Positions 28,769 through 38,710 are shown, counted from the stretch's first letter. The stretch: 64,000 nucleotides of DNA from an uncultured Methanosarcinales archaeon (GCA_964637115.1 CAZWVL010000002.1:1-64000); one strand, 5' to 3'. The notes: a model not told the origin generated them from the sequence alone. Translations and numbers: made by a program.

Positions 28769-28869
28769 ATAGTATTTACTAGAAGGTAGTAACAGAGTAA
28801 AACTACTCCAGAATAGAAAAACTTTAATAGCAGGATACTGTCCTGCAAACATATGTGGGGGTCATCATA

Positions 28870-30093
28870 ATGAAGGCAATACAAGCAATCGTTGCATTGG
28901 CATTATTCTTAGCAGTTATCAGTTCAGCAATAGCATTACCAGTTGTTCTTGACGAAGTAGAAGTCGACGACACTATTCTTACAGAAAATGCAGTTAACAG
29001 ATTATCATTAGAACGCGGCGAAGAATACGAAGTCAGAGTAAGATTCACTCCAACATATGACATTGAAAACGCAGAAGTCAGAGTGTTCATTTCAGGATAC
29101 GAATTCAACGACGTTGACAACATCGAAGACAAAACACCAGTCTTTGATGCGGACGCAAACGTCACGTATGTCAAGAAGTTAAACATAGTAGTTCCGGATG
29201 AAGTTGATGAAGACGACTACAAGCTCAGAGTTGTAATCTCAGACAGATTTGGAGACGAAAGAGTTGCAAACTACAATTTGAAAATTGACGTTCCACGAAA
29301 TGCGATGAAAATTGAAGATGTTGTGTTCAGCCCAAGCAACGCAGTAAGAGCAGGCAGTGCATTATTGACAACCGTGCGCGTTGAAAACAAGGGCGAAAAA
29401 TCACAGGATGATGTCAAAGTCACAGTAAACATACCAGGCCTTGGCGTTTCAGGCACAGAATACATCGACGAAGTCGATGACGGCGACGAAGAAGAAGAAA
29501 CAGAAGAAATCTTCCTCAGAGTACCGAAGTGCGCAAAAGCAGGCCAGTACGACGTAACAGTCGATGTCGAGTTCTCACAGAGACACAGAAAAGTCAGCGA
29601 GAAACGCACAATCACTGTGCTCGAAGATGAGACTTGCAATGAAGACAACAAGCAGACATCAAGCATAACCCTAGGCAACCAGATGCAAAGCGTTGCAAAT
29701 GGACAAACAGCAATCTTCCCAATCACAGTAACGAATGCAGGCAAGACCAGCAAGACATTTGTGGTCACTGTGCCAAGTACAGACTGGGCAGCTGTAACAA
29801 TCACGCCAACCAGCATGCTCGTCGTACCAGCAGGCCAGACACAGACCATCTTTGTCAACGTACAAGTCAGCGAGGAAGCACCATCAGGAGCACACTCACT
29901 TGTCGCAACAATCGCATCAGGCGACAGCAGACAAGAACTCACGTTGACAGCCAATGTCGTATCACAGCAGTCAAAATCCAAGGGCGTGTTTGAGGTAATA
30001 CTCATCGTCCTCGTGGTCCTGCTCGTCATCCTTGGCATTATAATCGGCATCGGACACTTGCGCGGCAAGGAACAAGCCGAAACATACTACTAA
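28870..30093 (+). CDS. S-layer-like surface protein with tandem Ig/CARDB domains and a C-terminal TM anchor
   Basis: Signal peptide, very acidic beta-rich body (VRVENKG, ITVTNAG) and C-terminal TM helix; start set to ATG 28870. Confidence 0.75.
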   Translation: MKAIQAIVALALFLAVISSAIALPVVLDEVEVDDTILTENAVNRLSLERGEEYEVRVRFTPTYDIENAEVRVFISGYEFNDVDNIEDKTPVFDADANVTYVKKLNIVVPDEVDEDDYKLRVVISDRFGDERVANYNLKIDVPRNAMKIEDVVFSPSNAVRAGSALLTTVRVENKGEKSQDDVKVTVNIPGLGVSGTEYIDEVDDGDEEEETEEIFLRVPKCAKAGQYDVTVDVEFSQRHRKVSEKRTITVLEDETCNEDNKQTSSITLGNQMQSVANGQTAIFPITVTNAGKTSKTFVVTVPSTDWAAVTITPTSMLVVPAGQTQTIFVNVQVSEEAPSGAHSLVATIASGDSRQELTLTANVVSQQSKSKGVFEVILIVLVVLLVILGIIIGIGHLRGKEQAETYY

Positions 30094-30117
30094 GGATACA
30101 TTCGTTTTGGGGGATCA

Positions 30118-32475
30118 ATGCAGCGCACAATCATTTTTTTGTTAATTGCTTCTTTATTTCTCGTGAGCGTCAGCGCCCAAGACTTTAATGCCTTTGGAGA
30201 TTTAACCGTTAATGCAGTCCCCTGCGGCAGCGCAGTAAGAAACGTAACAATACAGAACACAAAAGAAGTACAATCAACCTTCGGCTTAAGCGTAGAAGGG
30301 GATGCAAGCGACTATGTAACATTCTCGGCAATCAGCTTCACATTACAGCCACAACAAAGCATTGTAATAAACACCTTTTACAACATACCCTGCAACGTAA
30401 AACCAGGCATTTACTCAACTGACTTATTCTTCTCAGATGAAGAAGTAGAAAAGCAGCTCACACAAGAATTGATAATTGCAGTGCCAGACAATCTCAATTT
30501 AACTCTTTCACAAACAAGCGCAGTCATTGCACCATGCGAAACAGCAGGCTACACGCTTTCATTGCACAACCCTCTCAATTTCACCGAAATATACAACCTG
30601 CAAGCATCAGGACATCCAAACGTTCACGTGAGCGAGAAAACAGCTGTTTTACAAGGCGACGAGAGAAAAGACATAATCGTTTCCGTGACACCAGATGACT
30701 GCACGCAATCAGGAACTTTCCCATTAACAGTCTCAATTGATGCCGACAAATCAAGCCAGCACAAAGAAATCGCACTTGAGCTTATCATCAAAGCAACAGA
30801 CATTCCAGTTATTGCAGAAGGCATTACTAGAATAAGAACAGACTATGAAGATAGCACAACGGACATAAACATAGAAAACACGGGAGACAGAATAACACAA
30901 TACACAATGTCTGTGGAGGGCATCAGCTGGGCAGGAATTTCACCAAGCACAGTCTCATTAAATCCGGGCCAGACAAAAACATTAGCACTAAGGTTCCAGC
31001 CGACAAAAGAAATCAGCAAAGGAACTTACACGGCAACACTTGTTGCAACAGTAGAACAGACAGGAATCAGATACAGCAAGGACATAACGATTTCACTAAA
31101 ACCACAAACACTCTTTGAAAAAAATCCGGCACCAGTCATTGCGGCCATAATAATAGTCCTTGCAATCATCGCCGGAATATACTTCCTTGCCAGATATTTG
31201 CGAAGCCCTGCATTTAAAGAAAAAATGCGTCTCAGGAAAGAACAACGTGAAGCAAGACGCAAGGCACGCGAACAGAAACGAGCAGAAAAACTGAGACGAA
31301 AGCTCGAAATGCAGCACAAAGAAGTAGAGCGCAGACGCGTAGAAACGGAGCGCGTCAAAAAACAAATGCAGAGAAAGCTTGAGAAAGCATATAAGAGAGA
31401 ATATCACGTTGTAGCAAAAAAAGATCTCATAGTAGGAAAGAAAAAGACGCCGGCCGCAAAAATCCTTGCAGTCATACTCGGCATAATCATACTCATCCTG
31501 ATAGCAGCTTTCTGGGCGCTCATCGCACCAAACCTGGCTTATGTCCTTGTAGGCATCATAGTCCTTGCAATAATATATGCCGCAAAAAAACTCTCCAGAG
31601 CGCGCGTAATACGAGCAAACTGGAAAAATCTAGTGCAGCCGGTAAACATTACTGCTTGGAAGCGCGGATTATCATTACTAAGCATTACTCCAGAGAAAAC
31701 AATCAAAAACTTCAAACTGCTCGTCAGAAAAACACGAGCACGCGTTGCACCATCAGCAGCAGTATATCAAACAATACAGCTTAAGACAAACGTTTCAGAA
31801 GACGCAACTGCGATTAAAGCAACTTTCTCAATTTCAAAAAGATGGCTTGCAAGAAAACAAGCAAGCCTTGACGACGTAAGAATTGCGCGCTATTCAAACC
31901 AGGCCTGGAGCACGATATCCTTCAAGAAAACAGGAGAAGACAAGAACGTGATTTACATCACGGCAGACATCGACAAGCACGGAACTTACAGCTTGTACGC
32001 ACGCGTAACACAAAAAACAGTGCCGGGCAACAGAATCGTCTGGGGCTTTATCGGAGTAGCACTGCTCGTGTTAATCGCAGTTGCACTCACTCCATCAAGC
32101 GGCACTGTTGCACACGGCATACCGCCACAAGTCTGGCAGCAAGATTTAGTACACTCACTTGACTTAAGCAACTATTTCAAAGACCCTGACAGCGACAAGT
32201 TAACCTTCAGCGTCTCAAAAACAAACCGCATTGCTATTGACATCGTTGGCAGCACAGCCTTCATGACTCCAGATCCGGGCTGGACTGGAGAAGAAAGAGT
32301 CAAGTTCGGAGCCTCAGACAGCAAAGGAGGATTTATAGCAAGCAACACGGTTCCATTGCGCGTTCAAAGCCATCTAGTGCCACCACGCATACAACCGTAC
32401 ATTGCACTTCTTGTGGCAATCGTTGCATTAATTCTGATAGTGTGGTCAATCAGATCACAAAACAAGAAGAAATAA
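30118..32475 (+). CDS. Large multi-pass surface protein (Ig domains, basic coiled coil, PGF-pre-PGF-like domain, cadherin-like domain)
   Basis: Signal peptide, three Ig-like repeats, five TM segments and DLSNYFKDPDSD. Confidence 0.7.
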   Translation: MQRTIIFLLIASLFLVSVSAQDFNAFGDLTVNAVPCGSAVRNVTIQNTKEVQSTFGLSVEGDASDYVTFSAISFTLQPQQSIVINTFYNIPCNVKPGIYSTDLFFSDEEVEKQLTQELIIAVPDNLNLTLSQTSAVIAPCETAGYTLSLHNPLNFTEIYNLQASGHPNVHVSEKTAVLQGDERKDIIVSVTPDDCTQSGTFPLTVSIDADKSSQHKEIALELIIKATDIPVIAEGITRIRTDYEDSTTDINIENTGDRITQYTMSVEGISWAGISPSTVSLNPGQTKTLALRFQPTKEISKGTYTATLVATVEQTGIRYSKDITISLKPQTLFEKNPAPVIAAIIIVLAIIAGIYFLARYLRSPAFKEKMRLRKEQREARRKAREQKRAEKLRRKLEMQHKEVERRRVETERVKKQMQRKLEKAYKREYHVVAKKDLIVGKKKTPAAKILAVILGIIILILIAAFWALIAPNLAYVLVGIIVLAIIYAAKKLSRARVIRANWKNLVQPVNITAWKRGLSLLSITPEKTIKNFKLLVRKTRARVAPSAAVYQTIQLKTNVSEDATAIKATFSISKRWLARKQASLDDVRIARYSNQAWSTISFKKTGEDKNVIYITADIDKHGTYSLYARVTQKTVPGNRIVWGFIGVALLVLIAVALTPSSGTVAHGIPPQVWQQDLVHSLDLSNYFKDPDSDKLTFSVSKTNRIAIDIVGSTAFMTPDPGWTGEERVKFGASDSKGGFIASNTVPLRVQSHLVPPRIQPYIALLVAIVALILIVWSIRSQNKKK

Positions 32476-33591
32476 TTCGTACAGCATACCGATAGCGAAT
32501 AAAGCAATTAAAACTGTATAACCAAGCCAGTTTATTCTCAGACTAAATTCCGGCTTTCTCTCAGAACGCTTTCTTGCCTTTATATGCATCAAAACGACAG
32601 TAATGCCGGCAATACCTCCGGCAAAAGCACCTGCAACCTCCAAAGTCCTCACAAAAGACTGCACGCCGGCAAGAATCAAAGCCAAAGGAATGAGCAAAGT
32701 CAAAGACCACGCTTCCAAATGAGGCAGTTTGTAGTCAATCCAATACATTTCTTTCAATGCGTAGCCCAATGCTATAAATGATGTCGCCATGGCCAAAATA
32801 GCGAAAGCGTGCAATAGAATAAAGCCAATTCCACCAATCAATTGACCAACACCAATAGTAGCAACTTCAGTTGTTCCAATCCCAGTAACTCCAACAACAG
32901 CAGCAGCAAATAACAAATACACGACAATCGGAATAACAGAGCCGATAATGATTGCACGCTTTGTCAATAGCCTGCACGTCTTCATTTCTTCCCTTACTTC
33001 AGGAATGGCTGCAGTGCCGATGTATGCGAATAGCACGACGCCGAACGGCAGCAATAAAGCCTCCCACGAAAATCCGATAAAACGTTCAGCAAAGAAATGC
33101 GGCGAAGAAAACAAAATAACCAGAATAACGCCAAATATGATAAATTTCAATGCCTCCATAAACAATTCTGAGCGACCAAGAATACCGATGCCTCCAAATA
33201 TTATCCACGCCATTAACGCATAAAACAAAACAGCCCACAGCCAGAAAGAACCACCAAGCAAAGCCTGCACGCTCTGCCCGACACCAACAGTATACGCGAT
33301 TAATGCGCCATAAACACCGATAACCATTGAAGCTGTCATCAAATACTTGCCTTTCATGCCAAGATACTTTTCTGCATAGCCGGCCAACTGCATACACTTG
33401 TCAGAACGAAGAGTTACTTCGCCAATCAACAGATGCACGAACAAAGTTGCCAAACCAAGCCCGAGAATAACCAACATACCAGTCCAAAACCCGGCGTGTA
33501 CTACAACAAACGGAATGCCAAGAATACCGGCGCCAATAACGCAGCCGGTCAGAATAGCTATCGCCTGATAATACGCTAATGGACGTTTCAT
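32455..33591 (-). CDS. Amino acid permease (aromatic amino acid / Trp-Tyr permease-like)
   Basis: GCVIGAGILGIPF and LFAYIGTAAIPE; about 11 TM helices; start set to ATG 33591. Confidence 0.8.
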   Translation of the reverse strand: MKRPLAYYQAIAILTGCVIGAGILGIPFVVVHAGFWTGMLVILGLGLATLFVHLLIGEVTLRSDKCMQLAGYAEKYLGMKGKYLMTASMVIGVYGALIAYTVGVGQSVQALLGGSFWLWAVLFYALMAWIIFGGIGILGRSELFMEALKFIIFGVILVILFSSPHFFAERFIGFSWEALLLPFGVVLFAYIGTAAIPEVREEMKTCRLLTKRAIIIGSVIPIVVYLLFAAAVVGVTGIGTTEVATIGVGQLIGGIGFILLHAFAILAMATSFIALGYALKEMYWIDYKLPHLEAWSLTLLIPLALILAGVQSFVRTLEVAGAFAGGIAGITVVLMHIKARKRSERKPEFSLRINWLGYTVLIALFAIGMLYELFLLVL

Positions 33592-33685
33592 GCAACCTCT
33601 TTTTTTAGAAAACAAAGCTAATATCTGTTTTTAAATGTGATGTACAGAAACTTTTAAATACGCTCATAATCGACGATTGTTTCAA

Positions 33686-33758
33686 GGGGACGTAGTTCAA
33701 CCTGGTAGAACGGCCGGCTCCAACCCGGCTAATTCGGGTTCAAATCCCGCCGTCCCCA
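33686..33758 (+). tRNA. trnW: tRNA-Trp (CCA), intronless, CCA end not encoded
   Basis: Acceptor GGGGACG/CGTCCCC; D arm GTTC/GAAC; anticodon arm GCCGG-CTCCAAC-CCGGC; T loop TTCAAAT; TATA box at about 33652-33660. Confidence 0.92.
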
Positions 33759-33769
33759 CTTTATTTCAG

Positions 33770-34915
33770 TCACTCAATCGCTTCAAATACCGGCTTGCCA
33801 TCAACAATGTGGACAATCGCAAGGCTGTAAACTGCATCGCCGTCCTCGCCAAATGAGAATGTTCCGACCGCTCCCGTGCGGTCTTTTGTGGCTATAATCT
33901 TCTCTCTGATGCAATCCTTATCATCTTCGCCGCACACTGTAACAACTTCTGCGAGCAGCTTAACTGCATCGTAATTCTCGGCGACAAGCGCAAAGTCAAT
34001 CGCAGGAAGGTCGCCATACTTCTGCTGGTATACCTCGGCGAAATGCTTGCTTATTTCATTTGTATCAGGATCAGCATGCGGCGTCACGGCCCACGCTGTA
34101 GCAGGCATTGCTCCTTCGGATTTGACCCAGGCACCCTTGCTGATAGTAACAGGGTCGCCCATGACTGGCAATGTTATACTGAGCTCTTTGAGTTGCTTGA
34201 AGAACAGTGAGGTGGAATCAGGACCCTGCGCACTGAACAGAACCACATCAGGGTTTGTTTCTTTGAGCTTAAGGAGGTCAGTCCTGAAATCTGTGGTGCC
34301 GGGCGCGAACGAGTTTGCAGAGACAATTTCACCGCCAAGCTCCTTGAAACGCTTGGTGAAAGCGTTCACCACACCTTGCGGGAAGTCCCGCTGCTCATTG
34401 TAGACCGCGACCTTCTTGATGCCTTTCTTAAACGCGACTTCTGCCTGTGCGCCAGCATAGTATGTCGCAGATGGCGTGATGCGGAGCGCGTACTTTCCCT
34501 TGCCTGTAAATGCAGGAGATGATGTGTCGCCAGCGAACTGGAAGACGCCCTTTGCCTGCGTGACCGGCAGAATAGCCATGCTTTCGGTGCTGCAATGGCC
34601 GCCAATGATAATCTTGACTTTGTCCACGTCGATAAGCTTTGTTGCAGCCGTTACTGCGGTAGCGCCATCGCACTTGCCGTCCTCGGCAACAAGTTCAAGT
34701 TTCTTTCCGTTAATGCCGCCTGCCGCGTTAATTTCTTCTGCAGCAATCTGCACCGAGTTCAGTGCGGGCTGGCCATAGAGCGTTGCCGTACCAGTTAACG
34801 GGCCGATGAAGCCCCATTTCGTGATCTGTGCTGTTTTTTCCGCTGGTTGTCCCTGCGGTGCACAAGCTGCGAGCAGTATAAACATACTTATTGCGAGAAT
34901 AGCGGTCATTTTCAT
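33770..34915 (-). CDS. Second LivJ-like ABC substrate-binding lipoprotein
   Basis: Lipobox LAAC, GFIGPLTG, AEDGKCD and IIGGHCS; GGAGGG SD before ATG 34915. Confidence 0.85.
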   Translation of the reverse strand: MKMTAILAISMFILLAACAPQGQPAEKTAQITKWGFIGPLTGTATLYGQPALNSVQIAAEEINAAGGINGKKLELVAEDGKCDGATAVTAATKLIDVDKVKIIIGGHCSTESMAILPVTQAKGVFQFAGDTSSPAFTGKGKYALRITPSATYYAGAQAEVAFKKGIKKVAVYNEQRDFPQGVVNAFTKRFKELGGEIVSANSFAPGTTDFRTDLLKLKETNPDVVLFSAQGPDSTSLFFKQLKELSITLPVMGDPVTISKGAWVKSEGAMPATAWAVTPHADPDTNEISKHFAEVYQQKYGDLPAIDFALVAENYDAVKLLAEVVTVCGEDDKDCIREKIIATKDRTGAVGTFSFGEDGDAVYSLAIVHIVDGKPVFEAIE

Positions 34916-34977
34916 ATGTATCCCTCCAATATAGTGCACGTATTTTTCTAACATTTTAAAACTTGTGCTCGATACAG

Positions 34978-35325
34978 CTACTTCAGAATATGCACGACGT
35001 CTCCTACCTGTGTGCCAGACTTGAAAATCGTGCCGCGCGGAAGCTCCAAAAGAAACATAAATGGCTTGGAAGGATTGTAGCTGCTGTAAGTATCCCATTC
35101 AGATTGTAGTTCAACAACCTCCCAGCTCTCGTCGAGAAACACCAAGTCCATGTTGTCAGGACAGAACCAAGAATGCAGTTTCACAATCTTCTCCTTTGGA
35201 AATGTGAAAACCAATGGAACAACCTCTTTTCTGAACATCATCCCTTTTGTCTGCTGCCAGAAAGACCTGCATTCTTCAAAAGAATCAGCCAGTACACTGT
35301 CCTTAGTTCTGTTAATAATCGGCAT
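34978..35325 (-). CDS. DUF192-family protein
   Basis: KGMMFR, LHSWF..MDLVFLD and LELPRG. Confidence 0.75.
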   Translation of the reverse strand: MPIINRTKDSVLADSFEECRSFWQQTKGMMFRKEVVPLVFTFPKEKIVKLHSWFCPDNMDLVFLDESWEVVELQSEWDTYSSYNPSKPFMFLLELPRGTIFKSGTQVGDVVHILK

Positions 35326-35600
35326 TATAAGTATTTCACAATTTTTTCCTTAGCGAGCCTCAAAAAGCTAAGTGTTTGGGCAGATTCCCGCACTTTCCTC
35401 GCATTCGTGCCTTCGCGCGAACCTTCTAAGTTCTTCGTCACAAAGTCTTGATAGAATTTAATCTGTGCGTTTAATACAGCAATCAACTGGTCTCTAGTCT
35501 CAATTTCATTCTGCGATATCCAATGCAAGAAAGTCGACCACTCAGTAGTATTTTTCACAAAATCAGGAACCTTTTTTTCCAAATCAGCTTTTATCGCCAT
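35325..35600 (-). CDS. Hypothetical protein (91 aa, helical)
   Basis: Stop/start coupling within a minus-strand operon; no motif recognised. Confidence 0.6.
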   Translation of the reverse strand: MAIKADLEKKVPDFVKNTTEWSTFLHWISQNEIETRDQLIAVLNAQIKFYQDFVTKNLEGSREGTNARKVRESAQTLSFLRLAKEKIVKYL

Positions 35601-35615
35601 TTTTTCCTCTTTAAT

Positions 35616-37328
35616 TTATCTTGTTAAAAACTTTTGCAATTTTTGCAATGACCAAGTGTTTATGACATCCTTTTCCTCAGCCCAGCCCCTTCTTGCCTGC
35701 GCAATCCCATACTCCATAAAACGCAACTGGTCAACAGCGTGGCTGTCAGTATCTATAGATATCTTGCAGCCAATCTCAACAGCAGACTTGATGTGCAAGT
35801 CCTTAAGGTCCAATCTCGTCGGATAAGCATCACATTCCAACGCAATACATCTGTCTTTTGCAGCTTGGGCAATCTTCTCAAAATCAAAATCATAAGGATC
35901 ACGCCTGCCGATAAGCCTGCCAGTAGGGTGCGCAAGCGCATTCACATATGGATTTTCAAATGCTTTCAAAATACGCTTAGTCATGTCTTGCCTTGTTGAT
36001 TTGAAGCGCGAATGAACTGCGGCAAGAACAAAATCGAGCTGCTTCAGATATTTATTGTCAAAATCTAATGAGCCGTCCGGCATAATGTCAACTTCACATC
36101 CTTTCAGAATCCTTATTTTAAATTTATTTTGCAGCTTGTCCAACTCTGCAATATACTTGACAAGCCGTTTCTCATCCATTCCATTTGCAATTCGCTCGCT
36201 CTTTGAATGGTCTGTCATTGCAATATACTTGTAACCTCTGTCCTGTGCAGCTTTCGCCATCTGTTCAGTAGAATGCAAGCCGTCGCTCCACTTGCTGTGC
36301 ATATGCAAATCACCTTTCATGGCATTGTAAGAAATAATGTGAGGGAGCTTATGCTTTAACGCTGCCTGAATCTCGCCCTGGTTCTCTCTCAATTCAGGTT
36401 CAATGTACGGAAGGCCAAGCTTTGTGTAAAGCTCTTTTTCAGTCCTGCCGCAAACATATCTTTCTTTCTTGAACAGGCCATACTCAGACAATTTGAAGCC
36501 TTTCTTGATTGCCATCTGCCTGAGAGAAACATTATGGTCCTTGTTGCCCGTAAAATACTGCAGTGCAGCGCCAAATGATTTCTCGTCGAGAACACGCACG
36601 TCTGATTGGATTCCATCTTTCAGAATGACTGTGGTCTTTGTTGTACCCTTTGCCAGCACGGTCTGGACTTCAGGCATTTTAGTGAAAAAATCCATCACTT
36701 TTGCCGGTTTTGAGCTGATGACAAGAATGTCAATATCGCCAACAGTCTCCCTCATTCTTCGCAAACTTCCAGCAGGCTCTGCTTTTTTCACGCCATCAAC
36801 TTCAGATAATCTTTCAGCGAATTCCCTTGCCATTGGCAGGGCAATGCCCAATAATGCGCGCTCTTTACCCTGTTTTAATATTCCAAGACCTCTGAGAACA
36901 TCTTGTTCGCTCTTTGCGCCAAAACCTTCCAGTTTTTTCAATTTTCCAGCCTTGGCAGCAGATTCCAGTTGAGAAAGACTTATGATTTTCAATTTTTTGT
37001 AAAGCTTCATCACTTTCTTCGGGCCAAGACCAGGAACGTGCATCATTTCCTCAACGCCCTTTGGAATTTTCTTGACAATTTGATTGAATTCCTTCATCTT
37101 TCCAGTCTTCAAGAACTCCTCAATTTTGGAAGCCAGACTCTGGCCAACACCGGGAATGCCCATCAATGCCCTTATTCCACCCTGCGCATACATTTTTTCA
37201 ATCGGTTCGCTCAATGTTTCAATGGCGCGTGCTGCTTTCCTGTACGCATTCGGCTTCCAATCAATACCCTGCATCTCAAGAATGTCAGCCATTTCAAAGA
37301 ACATGTCCGCGATTTCCTTATTTTTCAT
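35616..37328 (-). CDS. polX: DNA polymerase X / PHP-domain 3'-5' exonuclease
   Basis: HhH motifs, GSLRRMRETVGDIDIL, QYFTGNKDHN and PHP motifs DLHMHS, TDHS, HPTGR, DTDSH. Confidence 0.93.
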   Translation of the reverse strand: MKNKEIADMFFEMADILEMQGIDWKPNAYRKAARAIETLSEPIEKMYAQGGIRALMGIPGVGQSLASKIEEFLKTGKMKEFNQIVKKIPKGVEEMMHVPGLGPKKVMKLYKKLKIISLSQLESAAKAGKLKKLEGFGAKSEQDVLRGLGILKQGKERALLGIALPMAREFAERLSEVDGVKKAEPAGSLRRMRETVGDIDILVISSKPAKVMDFFTKMPEVQTVLAKGTTKTTVILKDGIQSDVRVLDEKSFGAALQYFTGNKDHNVSLRQMAIKKGFKLSEYGLFKKERYVCGRTEKELYTKLGLPYIEPELRENQGEIQAALKHKLPHIISYNAMKGDLHMHSKWSDGLHSTEQMAKAAQDRGYKYIAMTDHSKSERIANGMDEKRLVKYIAELDKLQNKFKIRILKGCEVDIMPDGSLDFDNKYLKQLDFVLAAVHSRFKSTRQDMTKRILKAFENPYVNALAHPTGRLIGRRDPYDFDFEKIAQAAKDRCIALECDAYPTRLDLKDLHIKSAVEIGCKISIDTDSHAVDQLRFMEYGIAQARRGWAEEKDVINTWSLQKLQKFLTR

Positions 37329-37728
37329 GTGCTTTCAGCCATTTCTCTGCTTTTCTCAATATGTTCTTCGCATTTTGGAAGGTTGCCTTATTCACCGCCT
37401 CTTTATATGGCAGCCAGATAAAACCTTTATGCTCAAATGACAAGTTCACCTTTTTTTGCCTTGTCTTAGCAAGATAGAAAACAACGAACTTCAAAAGCCT
37501 TTTCCCTTTCCACGTGTAGATGAAACTGATTGTTTCCTTAAAGCCAGGCAGAATAGATGCCTTTGAAATGCCAGTTTCCTCTTTTAGTTCACGCAGTGCA
37601 GTAGCCTTGGATTTTTCTCCTTTCTCCATAATACCCTTTGGAAAATCCCAATGACCTGACTTTAAAAGCAAGTATTCCCTCTTTTTAATCTCATTGAACA
37701 CCACAACTCCCGCGCTTCTCACTGGCAT
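37318..37728 (-). CDS. NUDIX hydrolase (Ap4A hydrolase-like)
   Basis: WDFPKGIMEKGEKSKATALRELKEETG Nudix box and SFEH; start set to ATG 37728. Confidence 0.88.
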   Translation of the reverse strand: MPVRSAGVVVFNEIKKREYLLLKSGHWDFPKGIMEKGEKSKATALRELKEETGISKASILPGFKETISFIYTWKGKRLLKFVVFYLAKTRQKKVNLSFEHKGFIWLPYKEAVNKATFQNAKNILRKAEKWLKAHEK

Positions 37729-37805
37729 ACCTTGCAAACATATATTCAGATATTTAAACCATGTCACAACAAAGCTTAAATACACCAGCTCTGGTATTTT
37801 TTATT

Positions 37806-38678
37806 ATGAAATATCTTTCACTCATCGTCATATCATTGCTCATTTTGGCGGCATGCGCTGCACCAGAGCCAAACAAGGCAAAACAACTAACAGATGACAT
37901 TAAGAAACAGGCAGAAGAACCAAAAACAGAGGCAACAACACCTCCATCAGAAAGTAATGAGACAAGTCCTGTAGCACAGGAAGCAATTTCTGCACCAACG
38001 CCAGATGAAGATTTGCAAAAAACATTAACTGAAACTGTCAAAGAAGTAACAGCAGGAAATGCAACCCGCACAAAGATGTACGATTTCCTTGATACGTTCG
38101 CAAAAAATGTCAGAAGCTACCAATTCAAATACAAAGGAACTGAATATTATGTCAAAGGAACACGATTCAAGATAATTCTTGACGCGCCTGTCATCGTCAA
38201 AAACGTCAAATTCGGAGAAATGCAGAAACAATTCTTCTATTATGATACAATATATGTCGACCGCGCAGCAAAAACAGCAATTGCCTTCTGCGAAGGCCAC
38301 AAAAGTCCCGTCAACTCCCAATGTTACGACTTAAAATTATATGATCTTGCTTATCCAGTTCCGATAAAAGAATATGATGTCATACTTCCTGAAGACTGGC
38401 TCTTTGCAAATCTGAATAATGAACCAAATCAAATAGAAGCCAACAAATATTACATCAAAGGCAGAGCAAGCATCTTTGTCAGATTTGAGACTGACCCAGC
38501 ACTTGAATTGAACATAGATCCCAGCACGGGGTTAATCATGCAGGCAGATTTAAAGAAAGGCAGTCAATTGGTTTCGCGCAATGAATATCTTGACTTGGTA
38601 TCAAACGAAGTGCGCGATGTAGATGTGCAGCACAGAAGCAGAGAAGAGATTCCGACTTCTGAAGCGTTTTATAGATAA
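37806..38678 (+). CDS. Hypothetical lipoprotein
   Basis: Lipobox LAAC and a Pro/Glu/Thr-rich linker; start set to ATG 37806. Confidence 0.7.
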   Translation: MKYLSLIVISLLILAACAAPEPNKAKQLTDDIKKQAEEPKTEATTPPSESNETSPVAQEAISAPTPDEDLQKTLTETVKEVTAGNATRTKMYDFLDTFAKNVRSYQFKYKGTEYYVKGTRFKIILDAPVIVKNVKFGEMQKQFFYYDTIYVDRAAKTAIAFCEGHKSPVNSQCYDLKLYDLAYPVPIKEYDVILPEDWLFANLNNEPNQIEANKYYIKGRASIFVRFETDPALELNIDPSTGLIMQADLKKGSQLVSRNEYLDLVSNEVRDVDVQHRSREEIPTSEAFYR

Positions 38679-38710
38679 ATTTTAAAGCTGTTTATTATTC
38701 TTCTTTCTTA

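Noticed and set aside
33759-35000. Integrated element at tRNA-Trp
   Set aside because: No integrase, no duplicated tRNA 3' end and no other mobile genes were seen; only a compositional hint remains.
34916-35098. Long N-terminal extensions in the ORF track (also herA 5563-5673, topA 45234-45320, oapA 6467-6586, VWA 48355-48456)
   Set aside because: They overlap neighbouring genes or promoters, and downstream starts match SDs, signal peptides or family N-termini.
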